Notes under the pieces: generated by a model
Seen by the model: only the letters and a program-made list of their open reading frames with translations
Told to the model about the DNA's origin: nothing
Databases searched by the model: none
NCBI RefSeq assembly: GCF_000737315.1
Contig: NZ_JMCB01000013.1
Span: 144,001 to 268,000 of the forward strand
DNA length: 124,000 nucleotides
Origin: Hyalangium minutum
GTDB lineage: Bacteria > Myxococcota > Myxococcia > Myxococcales > Myxococcaceae
Direction: 5' to 3'
Program-made: the position numbers and the translations under genes
Part shown: positions 21,093-30,804 of the stretch, piece after piece
Layout of the letters: each line of letters starts with the position of its first letter
Numbering within the stretch: position 1 is the stretch's first letter

Positions 21093-23168
21093 ATGGGGAC
21101 CTTCGACTATTACACGACGCTGGTTCGACTCGCTCCGGCAGCCGTCGCGAAGAGCGCGGTACGCCGGGTGCAGGGGGTTGCGAGGCAGGCTCTCTATCGC
21201 CGCCGGTACCGGGTGGATGAGCTGCGGATCCTCCAGGCGTATGGGGCCGAGTCCGCGGCGGAGCTCGCGGGCAAGCTCCTGGAGACGCGCCACTCCAGCG
21301 TGTGGTGTGAGCACCGTCAGCGCCGGTCTGTGCTCGAGGCGCTCGCGGCCGTGCCGGGTGCCCGGGAGCGGGCGCTGGAGCGGGCCGAGGCGGCGCTCCG
21401 CCAGGAGTTCCGTGTCTTCGGCACGCGCGTGGCCTTCGGTGAGGGCCGGTCGGTGGAGTGGTCCCTGGATCCGGTGAGCGGCTACCGCTACCCGCTGGAG
21501 CCCGTGGAGCAGCTCCAGTTGGTGCGGCCCGGGACGGATCCCAAGTACCCGTGGGTGCTCGGGCGGCTCGACAGCCTCGTGGCGCTGGGGCAGGGCTACT
21601 GGGTGGAGGAGAGCGAGCAGGCACGTTCCCGCTACGCGCGCGCCTTCGTGCTGCAGACGCTGGATTTTCTGCAGGCCAACCCTCCTGGGCAGGGTGTGCA
21701 GTGGGCGTGCACCATGGAGGTGTCGCTGCGGGCGGCCAACATCGCGCAGGCGCTCGCCATGTTCGCGGAGGCGCCCGAGGTTCAGCGGCCCGAGTTCCTC
21801 GTGCCCGTGCTGAGCTCGCTCGCCGAGCACACCGCGTGGGTGGAAGCGCATCCGGAGGACCAGGGCGCGGTCCCCAACAATCACCTCATCGCCAACTACG
21901 TGGGCCTGCTGGTGGTGGGCCTGCTGTTCCCGGAGCTCCCGGGCGCGTCGAACCAGGTGGCGCTGGCGGTGAAGACGCTGCGCACGCAGGTGCTGGCGCA
22001 GGTGCACGAGGATGGCACCTCCTTTGAGGGCTCCACCTCCTATCACCGGCTCGTGGTGGAGTTGTGCACCCTGGCGCACGTGGTGGCGCTCCGGGCCGGC
22101 GTGATGCTGGGCAAGGACTTCGAGGAGCGCCTCCTCAAGATGTTCCGCGCCACGCGCGCTTGGTGCTCCGAGCAAGGGCGGGTGGCTCAGATCGGCGACA
22201 ACGATTCCTGCCGCGTCTTCCCGCTCCGGGAGCGCGACGATCAGGACCACGGCTATCTGGCTCCGCTGGGCGCGGCGCTCTTCGGCGACGCCTCGCTGGC
22301 GGGCGGCGAGTTCCCGGACGAGGCGGCGTGGCTGCTGGGCAAGCCGGGCCTGGAGCGCTTCCAGGCGCTGGGGACGGCTCCAGCGCCCTCCTCGGTGTGC
22401 TTCCACTCGGGGGGCTTCCACGTGCTGCGTGGAGCGGGGGCTGTCGTCACCATCAGCGCGGGCCGTCAGGGGCAGCGCGGGGTGGGCGGGCACAGCCACA
22501 ACGACAAGCTCTCCTTCGAGCTGCACCTGGGCGGAGAGCCCGTGATCGTGGATCCGGGGACAGGCACGTACACGCGGGACGCGATGGTCCGGAACTTCTT
22601 TCGCGGCACCTCGGCGCACAACACGCTGGTGGTGGACGCGGTGGAGCAGGCTCCCTTGGAGCCCGAGCGTCTCTTCGCGCTGCCCGAGGACGCCCGGGCC
22701 CGGGTGGAGGTGTTCCAGCCGGGCGCGCAGCTGGATCGGCTCACCGTGCGGCACGACGGGTACCGGACGCTGCCGTCGCCCGTGGGCATCGAGCGGACCT
22801 TCTACCTGGACAAGCGGGAGCGTGCGCTCGCGGTGACGGATCGGCTCGTCGGTACGGGGGCGCACGAGGTGGTGGGCCGGCTGTACCTGCCGGACGAGCA
22901 CGTGCGGCTGCGTCCCGCCTCGACCTGGGAGATTGCGCGGGCCTTGCGTGTGCCGGATGCGCCGCGGGCCTTCGAGCCGCTGTGCGTGGAGTTGGGGCCA
23001 GAGGACGCGCCGAGGGCGTGTGTGCTCTTCGCCTCGGGACTGACGCCCCGGTTGGACGGGGCCCTGTACTCGCCGGGCTACGGGCGGGTGAGGCCGGCGT
23101 CGGTGGTGACTTACGGGGCACGTCGCGTGCCTCCGGCATGGCTGCGGTGGGTGGTCGTCTTTTCGTGA
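21093..23168 (+). CDS. Heparinase II/III-like (alginate lyase family) protein
   Basis: NNHLIAN, EGSTSYH, GGHSHNDKLSF and VDPGTGTY..AHNT motifs. Confidence 0.85.
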   Translation: MGTFDYYTTLVRLAPAAVAKSAVRRVQGVARQALYRRRYRVDELRILQAYGAESAAELAGKLLETRHSSVWCEHRQRRSVLEALAAVPGARERALERAEAALRQEFRVFGTRVAFGEGRSVEWSLDPVSGYRYPLEPVEQLQLVRPGTDPKYPWVLGRLDSLVALGQGYWVEESEQARSRYARAFVLQTLDFLQANPPGQGVQWACTMEVSLRAANIAQALAMFAEAPEVQRPEFLVPVLSSLAEHTAWVEAHPEDQGAVPNNHLIANYVGLLVVGLLFPELPGASNQVALAVKTLRTQVLAQVHEDGTSFEGSTSYHRLVVELCTLAHVVALRAGVMLGKDFEERLLKMFRATRAWCSEQGRVAQIGDNDSCRVFPLRERDDQDHGYLAPLGAALFGDASLAGGEFPDEAAWLLGKPGLERFQALGTAPAPSSVCFHSGGFHVLRGAGAVVTISAGRQGQRGVGGHSHNDKLSFELHLGGEPVIVDPGTGTYTRDAMVRNFFRGTSAHNTLVVDAVEQAPLEPERLFALPEDARARVEVFQPGAQLDRLTVRHDGYRTLPSPVGIERTFYLDKRERALAVTDRLVGTGAHEVVGRLYLPDEHVRLRPASTWEIARALRVPDAPRAFEPLCVELGPEDAPRACVLFASGLTPRLDGALYSPGYGRVRPASVVTYGARRVPPAWLRWVVVFS

Positions 23169-23221
23169 ACGGTGTTGTTGAGGCGCCGTGTCCCGCGGCG
23201 CCTTGCTTGGAGGGAGTACAG

Positions 23222-24547
23222 ATGCGCGTCATGGTCAGCCCGCTCGTGGATATGATCCGCAAGCGGGAAGCTAAAGTGGGGGTTGTCGGTCTGGGCTACG
23301 TGGGGCTTCCGCTCGGCATGGCGTTCGCCGATGCGGGGTTCCCGGTGATGGGGCTCGATATCGACAAGCGCAAGATTGACAAGATCGCCAAGGGGGAGAG
23401 CTACATCAAGCACATCCCCAGCGAGCCGCTGAAGAAGCTGAGCAGCGAGGGCAAGCTCAAGGCGACGACGGACTTCGCCAAGGCCAAGGAGATGGACTGC
23501 ATCGTCATCTGCGTGCCCACGCCGCTGACGGCGTCGCGTGAGCCGGACATGACGTACATCGTCCAGACGGGCGAGGCGCTGTCCCCGTACGTGCGCCGTA
23601 ACCAGCTCTTCGTGCTGGAGTCCACCACCTACCCGGGCACCACCGAGGAGGTGCTCAAGCCGCTGCTGGAGAAGAGCGGCCTGAAGGCGGGCGTGGACTT
23701 CCACCTGGCCTTCAGCCCCGAGCGCGAGGATCCGGGCAACAAGAGCTTCAACACGAAGACGATCCCGAAGATCGTCGGCGGCTTCACGCCGGCGTGCCTC
23801 GAGGTGGCGCAGGCCCTGTACTCCAGCGCGCTGAAGGAGACGGTGCCGGTGTCCTCCACGCGCGTGGCGGAGCTCTCCAAGCTGCTGGAGAACATCTTCC
23901 GCTGCGTGAACATCGCCATGGTCAACGAGATGAAGATGCTCTGCGACCGCATGAACATCGACGTGTGGGAGGTCATCCAGGCGGCGAGCACCAAGCCGTT
24001 CGGCTTCATGCCCTTCTTCCCGGGCCCGGGCCTGGGCGGTCACTGCATCCCGATCGATCCGTTCTACCTGACGTGGAAGGCGCGCGAGTACGAGTTCCAC
24101 ACCAAGTTCATCGAGCTGGCCGGCGAGGTGAACACGCAGATGCCGTACTACGTGGTGCAGCGCACCATGGAGGCGCTCAACCAGCACAAGAAGACGCTCA
24201 ATGGCGCCAAGGTGCTGTGCTTGGGTGCGGCGTACAAGAAGGACATCGACGACATGCGCGAGAGCCCGAGCCTCCGCGTCATCTCGTTGCTCAAGGAGAA
24301 GGGTGCCGTGGTCAGCTACCACGACCCGTACGTGCCGAAGCTGGAGAAGGGCCACGGCTTCAACTTCGAGATGACCTCCGTGCCGCTGTCGCCGGAGACG
24401 CTCGGCCAGTACGACGCGGTGGTGATCCTCACGGACCACTCCAACATCGACTACTCCATGGTGGTGAAGAAGTCCCAGTGCGTCGTCGACACGCGCAACG
24501 CCACGAAGCACGTGGGACCGGGCCGTGAGAAGGTGACGAAGGCCTAG
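23222..24547 (+). CDS. Nucleotide-sugar dehydrogenase (UDP-GlcNAc/ManNAc dehydrogenase family)
   Basis: GLGYVGLP Rossmann motif, CVPTP, FSPEREDPG and GLGGHCIP. Confidence 0.92.
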   Translation: MRVMVSPLVDMIRKREAKVGVVGLGYVGLPLGMAFADAGFPVMGLDIDKRKIDKIAKGESYIKHIPSEPLKKLSSEGKLKATTDFAKAKEMDCIVICVPTPLTASREPDMTYIVQTGEALSPYVRRNQLFVLESTTYPGTTEEVLKPLLEKSGLKAGVDFHLAFSPEREDPGNKSFNTKTIPKIVGGFTPACLEVAQALYSSALKETVPVSSTRVAELSKLLENIFRCVNIAMVNEMKMLCDRMNIDVWEVIQAASTKPFGFMPFFPGPGLGGHCIPIDPFYLTWKAREYEFHTKFIELAGEVNTQMPYYVVQRTMEALNQHKKTLNGAKVLCLGAAYKKDIDDMRESPSLRVISLLKEKGAVVSYHDPYVPKLEKGHGFNFEMTSVPLSPETLGQYDAVVILTDHSNIDYSMVVKKSQCVVDTRNATKHVGPGREKVTKA

Positions 24548-24651
24548 TTGCACGGGGGCTGATTGCCTCCCAAGCGAGGGTCCTCGCCGCTCTGGAGCAG
24601 GGCGGTGAGGACCTTCGGTGCATTGCGGGGTGGTTTCGGTACAGTGGGGCC

Positions 24652-26385
24652 GTGCGACTTCCCCTCTCGCCCGTCCTTCCCCTGTTGGCTGTCTCCGCTC
24701 TCCTGGCTGCCGCCGCGCCTCCGGCCGATCCGCGTCTGGAGATGGCGGATGCGATGATCGCTGAGCTGACCCGCAGCCAGCAACAGCTCCAGCTCAAGGG
24801 CCACGAGCCGCCGTACTTCATCAGCTACCAGCTCAAGGACTACGACCAGTACGCCATCGCCGCGCGCTACGGGGCGATCTTCACGGATGACGGCTCGCGG
24901 GATCGCCGGCTGGCGGCGGATGTGCGGGTGGGCTCGTACCAGTTCGACAGCTCGGTGCCCGAGGAGCAGGACTTCCTCGTCTCCACCAAGGGGACGAGCT
25001 ACTACGCGCGGCCGGACGGCCCGATCGACGACTCGCCGATGGCGCTGCGCACCGCGTTCTGGCTGCTGACGGATGAGAAGTACAAGTCCGCGCTGGCCCA
25101 GTTCCTCAAGAAGAAGGGCGAGGACGTCTATACGGTGGAGGATCCGAAGCGCCCGCCGTCCTTCTCCAAGGAGAGGCCGAACACGCACGTGCAGCCGTCC
25201 GTGGCGTTCCCGTTCGATCGGGAGCGGTGGCGCAAGGTGGCGCGGATGCTGTCGGCCCGGTTCAACGGGCATCCGGAGATCTTCGACTCGGATGTGCGCG
25301 TCACGGCAGACAAGGTGATGCGCGTGTTCGTCTCCACGGAGGGCAGCCGCATCATCACCGAGGAGACGCTCTACGGGCTGCACGTCACCGCGGTGGCTCG
25401 CGCGGAGGACGGGCAGCTGCTGGACAACTCGCGCAACTACTACACGCCCACCGAGGCGGGGCTTCCGGACGACAAGACGCTGCTGGAGGCCACGGACAAG
25501 GTGATCACGGAGCTGCTGGCGCTGCGGAAGGCGCCCGCGATCGATCCGTATACAGGGCCGGCGATCCTGGCGCCCGAGGCCTCGGGCGTGCTGTTCCACG
25601 AGGTGCTGGGGCACCGGCTCGAGGGGCACCGGCAGGCAGACGATCGCGAGGGCAAGACGTTCCGAGGCCAGGAGGGCAAGCAGGTCCTGCCGCCCTTCCT
25701 CTCCATCTCCGATGACCCAACGGTGCGAGAGCTGAGCGGGGAGAAGCTCAACGGCTATTACCTCTATGACGAGGAGGGCGTGAAGGCGCAGCGGGTGCCG
25801 CTGGTGGAGAAGGGCGTGCTGCGCAACTACCTGCTGTCGCGCCAGCCGGTGGAGGGCTTCCTGCAGTCCAACGGGCATGGCCGGAGCCAGGGCTCGCAGC
25901 GGCCGGTGGCGCGCATGGCGAACCTGCTCGTGGACTCCACGAAGCAGGTGTCCGACGAGGAGCTGAAGCGGCAGCTGATCGCGGAGGCGAAGCGGCAGGG
26001 CAAGCCGTACGGGCTCATCATCCGCGACATTACCGGCGGCAACACCAACACCTCCAGCTACGGCTACCAGGCATTCAAGGGCGTGCCCCGGATGGTGTTC
26101 CGGGTGGATGTGCGGGATGGGAAGGAGACGCTGGTGCGGGGCGTGGAGATCGTCGGCACGCCGCTGTCGGCGGTGAACCGGATCCTGGCCTCGGGCAGTA
26201 GGCAGGGCGTGTTCAACGGGTTCTGCGGCGCGGAGAGCGGGATGGTGCCTGTGTCCACCGTGGCGCCTGCGATGCTGCTCCAGGAGATCGAACTGCAGCG
26301 GACGATGGAGGGTAAGGACCGCCCACCGATCCTCTCCAGCCCCTCGGCCGCTTCGCGGCAGCCCGAGGCGAAGAAGCAGGAGTAG
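24652..26385 (+). CDS. TldD/PmbA family protein
   Basis: LFHEVLGHRLEGH zinc motif, YDEEGV, NGHGRS and RMANL; N-terminal signal peptide. Confidence 0.85.
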   Translation: MRLPLSPVLPLLAVSALLAAAAPPADPRLEMADAMIAELTRSQQQLQLKGHEPPYFISYQLKDYDQYAIAARYGAIFTDDGSRDRRLAADVRVGSYQFDSSVPEEQDFLVSTKGTSYYARPDGPIDDSPMALRTAFWLLTDEKYKSALAQFLKKKGEDVYTVEDPKRPPSFSKERPNTHVQPSVAFPFDRERWRKVARMLSARFNGHPEIFDSDVRVTADKVMRVFVSTEGSRIITEETLYGLHVTAVARAEDGQLLDNSRNYYTPTEAGLPDDKTLLEATDKVITELLALRKAPAIDPYTGPAILAPEASGVLFHEVLGHRLEGHRQADDREGKTFRGQEGKQVLPPFLSISDDPTVRELSGEKLNGYYLYDEEGVKAQRVPLVEKGVLRNYLLSRQPVEGFLQSNGHGRSQGSQRPVARMANLLVDSTKQVSDEELKRQLIAEAKRQGKPYGLIIRDITGGNTNTSSYGYQAFKGVPRMVFRVDVRDGKETLVRGVEIVGTPLSAVNRILASGSRQGVFNGFCGAESGMVPVSTVAPAMLLQEIELQRTMEGKDRPPILSSPSAASRQPEAKKQE

Positions 26386-26402
26386 GGCGGTACGTCCTTC
26401 GT

Positions 26403-27320
26403 TCAGCTCCCGGGTGCTTCTGCGGGTTCTTCTGGAGCACTTTGCTCCTCGGAGGGAGCAAGAGCATCGGGGGAGGGGTGCAGCAAGCGCCCGCCCTTGA
26501 AGCCTCTCAGGCGCAAGTAGCGCGAGAAGTCCCGGAGAAAGGCCTCGGGCGGTAGCCCCACGATGGAGGTGAAGGCCCCCGGGAAGTCCGGCCCCCGGCT
26601 CATCTCCTCCAGCAGCTTGCGCACCGTGTCCTCCCCATAGCGGTTCACCAGGAAGCTGAAGGCGTGGTGGGCTGCTCCGTAGGCCACGGGCATCTGCTCG
26701 GCGTAGAGCGGCTCGGGGCGCAGCAGGGGTTCCCAGGAGGGATTCTCCTCCAGCGTCCGTGCGAGGGTCTCCAGTGTGGGCCAGCGGTAGCCCTGGTTCG
26801 CCGTGTACGAGGCCATGCCCTCGCGGAACCATCCGGGGATCTTCTTCTGCCGCCAGCCGCCCAGGTCCGCCGCCGCCTGGTACATCACCGTGTGCGTCAG
26901 CTCATGCAGGAGTGTCTCGTTCAGGTCCTGCTGCGTGGCGCTCAGCGGGCTCCAGGTCTCCGGCGCTTGCACATCCACCACGTCGTAGCGCGCCCACGCC
27001 CGCAGCCACTCGTAACCCGAGCGCTTCGCGGCTCGCTCCAGGGACTTGTGATCCGGATGGACCCGCACCGTTACCGGCTCGTGGAGCCTGCCCCACTTCA
27101 CGAGCTGGTGCCCTGCATTCTCCAGCGCGGCTCGGACCATGAGCGCGCCCGCCTCCTCGCGGGAGGGGTACTCGATGCGGAAGGTCCCCACCGCTGTCTC
27201 CACCGTGAGGAGCTCGGCCTTCAGCCCAGAGCGTGGCCCCACGCATCCGGCGCTCACCCACAGTGCGAGCACCGCGCTGGCCATCGTTCCCCTGTGGCTC
27301 CTGCCCACCGTCACGCGCAC
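26403..27320 (-). CDS. Lipoprotein with peptidase MA-like domain
   Basis: Lipobox-like VSAGC, HELTH and WFREGMA (HExxH..E). Confidence 0.65.
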   Translation of the reverse strand: MRVTVGRSHRGTMASAVLALWVSAGCVGPRSGLKAELLTVETAVGTFRIEYPSREEAGALMVRAALENAGHQLVKWGRLHEPVTVRVHPDHKSLERAAKRSGYEWLRAWARYDVVDVQAPETWSPLSATQQDLNETLLHELTHTVMYQAAADLGGWRQKKIPGWFREGMASYTANQGYRWPTLETLARTLEENPSWEPLLRPEPLYAEQMPVAYGAAHHAFSFLVNRYGEDTVRKLLEEMSRGPDFPGAFTSIVGLPPEAFLRDFSRYLRLRGFKGGRLLHPSPDALAPSEEQSAPEEPAEAPGS

Positions 27321-27321
27321 C

Positions 27322-28257
27322 TCACTCCGCGTCCAGCCAGCGCAACACCGTGCGCCCCACGTCCGCCACGGTGGCCAGCGCCTCCACCTCTGGCGCAGGC
27401 GGCCCGAAGTAGAGCACGGGCACGGGGTTCAGGGTGTGGCTCCGTGTCGAGAGATCCTCCACGTTGCCGTGATCGCTGCAGATCAACACCCGCGCATCCG
27501 GCGGCCGCAGGGCCACGATCTCCCGCGCGAAGGCATCGAAGGTGTCCAGGGCCGCCAGGGCTGCCTCGAAGTCTTGCGCGTGCCCGGCCTCGTCAGCCAG
27601 GTAGTGCTCGAAGAAGGTGAAGTCCACGCCCTCGGCCACCTGCCAGAAGATCCGCGCTGCTTCCTCGGGCGTGCGCTGGGGCACGGACAAGCCCATGCGG
27701 TGCGCGTGAGTGCCGGTGATGTCATGGGTGAGCCCGTCCCCCGCGCGCGCGTCATCCAGCGTGCGCAGGGGTACGCCTCCCGCCGCGAAGGCCAGGGTGG
27801 ATGCCGAGGGCTTCAAGCGCTTCGCTGCCGCAGGAGGGAAGACGAACTCCGGGGGCGTGGTGGAGGCTCGCCGGTGCAGCTTCAGCAGGTCCAGGTATGG
27901 CGCCGCGTAGCTGTTGGCGAAGGTGGCGGTGCGCCCAGCGGCCACCAGCCGCTTCACGAGCGAGCGCTCCGCCAGGATCTCCCGCAGGGGTGGGTTCGGG
28001 TAGCCCAGCACGTGGCGCTGAATGAGGGCAGGCGCGGGGTCGCCCGTGAGGATGGCCGTCTGGTTGGAGGCTGACTGGGGGCGGCCCTCCACACCGAAAG
28101 TGGTATCCACAGGGATACACCACCCCCCTGGGGGCAGGGGGGTCCCGGGGGCGTCCCCGAACTGGGAGAGCAGGTGGGCCCTCCCAGCGAGCGGGTTCAC
28201 TGCCGTGTCCTTCCGGCCTACACCCACACCATCGATGAACAGGAGCGCGACTCGCAC
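27322..28257 (-). CDS. Metalloenzyme superfamily protein (PGM/phosphopentomutase-like)
   Basis: LFIDGVG, ADEAGH and SDHGN..H alkaline-phosphatase-superfamily motifs. Confidence 0.75.
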   Translation of the reverse strand: MRVALLFIDGVGVGRKDTAVNPLAGRAHLLSQFGDAPGTPLPPGGWCIPVDTTFGVEGRPQSASNQTAILTGDPAPALIQRHVLGYPNPPLREILAERSLVKRLVAAGRTATFANSYAAPYLDLLKLHRRASTTPPEFVFPPAAAKRLKPSASTLAFAAGGVPLRTLDDARAGDGLTHDITGTHAHRMGLSVPQRTPEEAARIFWQVAEGVDFTFFEHYLADEAGHAQDFEAALAALDTFDAFAREIVALRPPDARVLICSDHGNVEDLSTRSHTLNPVPVLYFGPPAPEVEALATVADVGRTVLRWLDAE

Positions 28258-28298
28258 GATTTCTGACTGTATCCTCGAATTTCTGGAATCCGTCACCC

Positions 28299-29387
28299 AT
28301 GGCCCTTCACGGCGACCTCTTCAGTTATCCGCTTCCTGAACTTCTGCAGTGGCTCGACGGCTCTCGCAAGACGGGGACGTTGCAGCTGTCCTGGGAGGCC
28401 GGGGAGCGCAAGATCTTCGTTCTCTCCGGCCAGGTGGTCGCCACCGCCAGCCGGGGGCTGCGTGAGCGCGTGGCCCGGCTCCTGGAGCTGGCCAAGCTGA
28501 GCTCGGGCAGCCGAGTGCTGGCCTCCTTCGAGGAGCTGCAGCGCACCCCGGATGTCGAGCAGGCCTTTGCCACTCACGGCGTGGACGTGCGCATGGTCCG
28601 GGAGATGGGGCGCGAGGAGCTCTTCAGCTCGATGATGGACCTGACCATCGCCGGGCGCGGCACGTTCCACTGGACGGAGGATGCGGACCGCACGGGCGAA
28701 GACTGGGTGCCCTCGGACATGAGCATCCGCGAGATGCTCTTCGAGTCCCTGCGCTGGGTGGACGAGCACGGGGATGTGGAGCAGGCGCTGCCCATCGACG
28801 CGATGAGCGTGCGGGCGGTGGCTCCGCCGAGCGCGAGCCAGCCGCTGTTGCACCGGGTGATCCTCACGCTGTGCGCCAACTCGCAGAACCTGGGGCGGCT
28901 GAGGCTGTCGATGGGGATGTCGCGATCGGCGGTGACGCGGCGGGTGTTCGATCTGCTGCGCTTGAAGCTGGTGGAGGTGGAGGGAGCGCCGCAGGTCGAG
29001 GCGGATCCGGTGGCGGAGATGCTGGAGAAGGGGCAGGTGTTGGTGCGTGAGGGACAGTACGACTCGGCGGGCATCATCTGCGCCTCGTTGCTGGCCAGTG
29101 ATCCGGCGGATCGGCGCGTGCGCGAGTTCGCCCGCATGGTCCAGCGCGAGCACGTGGCGGCCCTCTATGGGGAGCTGCCTCCGGTGGCGGTGCCGGTGCC
29201 GGTGCACGATCCGGAGGGCATGGCGCTGCTCAAGCCCGAGGAGCGTCAGATCGCCGGCCTGGTCAACGGCGGCTGGGATGTGTCGACCTTGGTGCTAGCC
29301 GTACCCGCGCGGGAGCTGGACACCCTGCGCACGTTGGCGAAGCTGGTGCGCATGGGCCTGGTGCAGCTCACCATGCCGATGCGCTGA
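28299..29387 (+). CDS. DUF4388 domain protein
   Basis: N-terminal LHGDLFSYPLPELLQWL...KTGTL pattern typical of DUF4388. Confidence 0.8.
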   Translation: MALHGDLFSYPLPELLQWLDGSRKTGTLQLSWEAGERKIFVLSGQVVATASRGLRERVARLLELAKLSSGSRVLASFEELQRTPDVEQAFATHGVDVRMVREMGREELFSSMMDLTIAGRGTFHWTEDADRTGEDWVPSDMSIREMLFESLRWVDEHGDVEQALPIDAMSVRAVAPPSASQPLLHRVILTLCANSQNLGRLRLSMGMSRSAVTRRVFDLLRLKLVEVEGAPQVEADPVAEMLEKGQVLVREGQYDSAGIICASLLASDPADRRVREFARMVQREHVAALYGELPPVAVPVPVHDPEGMALLKPEERQIAGLVNGGWDVSTLVLAVPARELDTLRTLAKLVRMGLVQLTMPMR

Positions 29388-29434
29388 TCCAGGGCCTGTG
29401 ATGGAGGGAAGAGCGCGGCCCCAGCGCTGGCGGG

Positions 29435-29995
29435 CTATTGCAGGTGTGGAGCGCCCCCATCGGCTGAGGAGAGGCCCCCATCTGGACTGACAGTGGGGAC
29501 TCCCCCGTCTGCCTGTTCCGCCGGGCTCCTGGGCTTCCCTGCGTCCGGGACGCTGGGGCCCCAGGGAGCCTCAGGTTCAGTTCCGATGACCCGACGGAGA
29601 ATGCGGCCGTTGGTGCTGATGGCGTACTTCGCGCCCGTGTCCACGGAGATGTACTGCGGACCGCAGAAGTCAGGGTCCTCCATGATGCGGACAAAGATGA
29701 TGTCGTCCTGACGGATGATTCGATAGCGATATGCCTCCGGCCTCATCCAGCAGGGCCGGTTCTCGTTGTCCGAGGGGAGAAAGTCATGGACAGCGATGCT
29801 GAGGGCTCGGAGGAGCGTGCCATCCAGCTCGTACGGCTTCTGTCCGGCACCGACCGCCACCGCTGAGTCCGCGAAGAACGGTGGGAACGCAATGGACGGA
29901 TCGTTCTCCTGCGGGAGCTGGCGCGAGCCCGGGGACCGCGCACATCCCACGAGGATCAGGGCCGCAAGCCACAGGGACACGTTGGTCATCCGCAT
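29435..29995 (-). CDS. Hypothetical lipoprotein (candidate partner/immunity protein)
   Basis: Lipobox LVGC, RBS GAGAGGG, located 37 bp downstream of the JAMM lipoprotein. Confidence 0.65.
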   Translation of the reverse strand: MRMTNVSLWLAALILVGCARSPGSRQLPQENDPSIAFPPFFADSAVAVGAGQKPYELDGTLLRALSIAVHDFLPSDNENRPCWMRPEAYRYRIIRQDDIIFVRIMEDPDFCGPQYISVDTGAKYAISTNGRILRRVIGTEPEAPWGPSVPDAGKPRSPAEQADGGVPTVSPDGGLSSADGGAPHLQ

Positions 29996-30032
29996 GGGGC
30001 CCTCTCGACGCACGTTCCGCCGCAGCAGGTGA

Positions 30033-30773
30033 TTACTTCGCAGGAGCAAATTGGAAATCCGTCTCACTGGTCCAGTGGACGGTGCCGACGGGGGTCTTGT
30101 GCCACTGGCCTTGTGCATCCGGTGTCCATTTCAGCACCTCGGTGCTTCCGTGGCTGTACTCATAGAAGCCGTCGCACGAGAACGGTTCCGGTGGGTGAGC
30201 GTTCGAGATGAAGGCGACGATGCTGACAGGGACGACGCCTTGCTCCGTTTGAACAGAGCCGCCATGAATCCGGGCGATCTTCGCCACGGCAGCGATGTCT
30301 TCCTCCGAGATGTTGGTGGGCGTGGCGGGATGGTTGTGAAGGAAGTACAGGTATTGGAGGCTGCGAGGGGGATATCGCGGGTCCTCCACGAAGGCCGGGG
30401 CTCTGCAGCCCTTTTCGCCGTTGGCGCGAAGCGGCTCCGTGCTCTCCACGAGGTAGCTCAGCTCGTATTGGTGGGTTGGCGTGTAGTAGAGCCAGGCGCA
30501 GTACTCGTTTGATACGCGCCACCGCACAGGGAAACTCGTGTCATCCGAGCGCCCAGCCGTTGCGTTGCGCTGACCCAGGATGAGTGGGCAGGCCGCCAGC
30601 AGCGCATCCCAAGAGGTGGGGAACGGTCCCTGGCCTGGAAATGGGCCGGCTACGCTGGAAGGGATCTTCCCGGACTCAAAGCGCACAACGCCTGGAGGTG
30701 GCGGAGTGGGAACGCATCCCCAGGCCGCAAGAAGCCCCAGCAGGTAGGCCCAGAGTGGTCTCCCCACATGCAT
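30033..30773 (-). CDS. Lipoprotein with JAB/JAMM-like metalloenzyme motif
   Basis: Lipobox AWGC; NEYC upstream of HNHPATPTNISEED, which fits E..HxH-x7-S-x2-D. Confidence 0.65.
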   Translation of the reverse strand: MHVGRPLWAYLLGLLAAWGCVPTPPPPGVVRFESGKIPSSVAGPFPGQGPFPTSWDALLAACPLILGQRNATAGRSDDTSFPVRWRVSNEYCAWLYYTPTHQYELSYLVESTEPLRANGEKGCRAPAFVEDPRYPPRSLQYLYFLHNHPATPTNISEEDIAAVAKIARIHGGSVQTEQGVVPVSIVAFISNAHPPEPFSCDGFYEYSHGSTEVLKWTPDAQGQWHKTPVGTVHWTSETDFQFAPAK

Positions 30774-30804
30774 GGTCCTCTCCTGCACTGATTGTAGGTG
30801 GACC

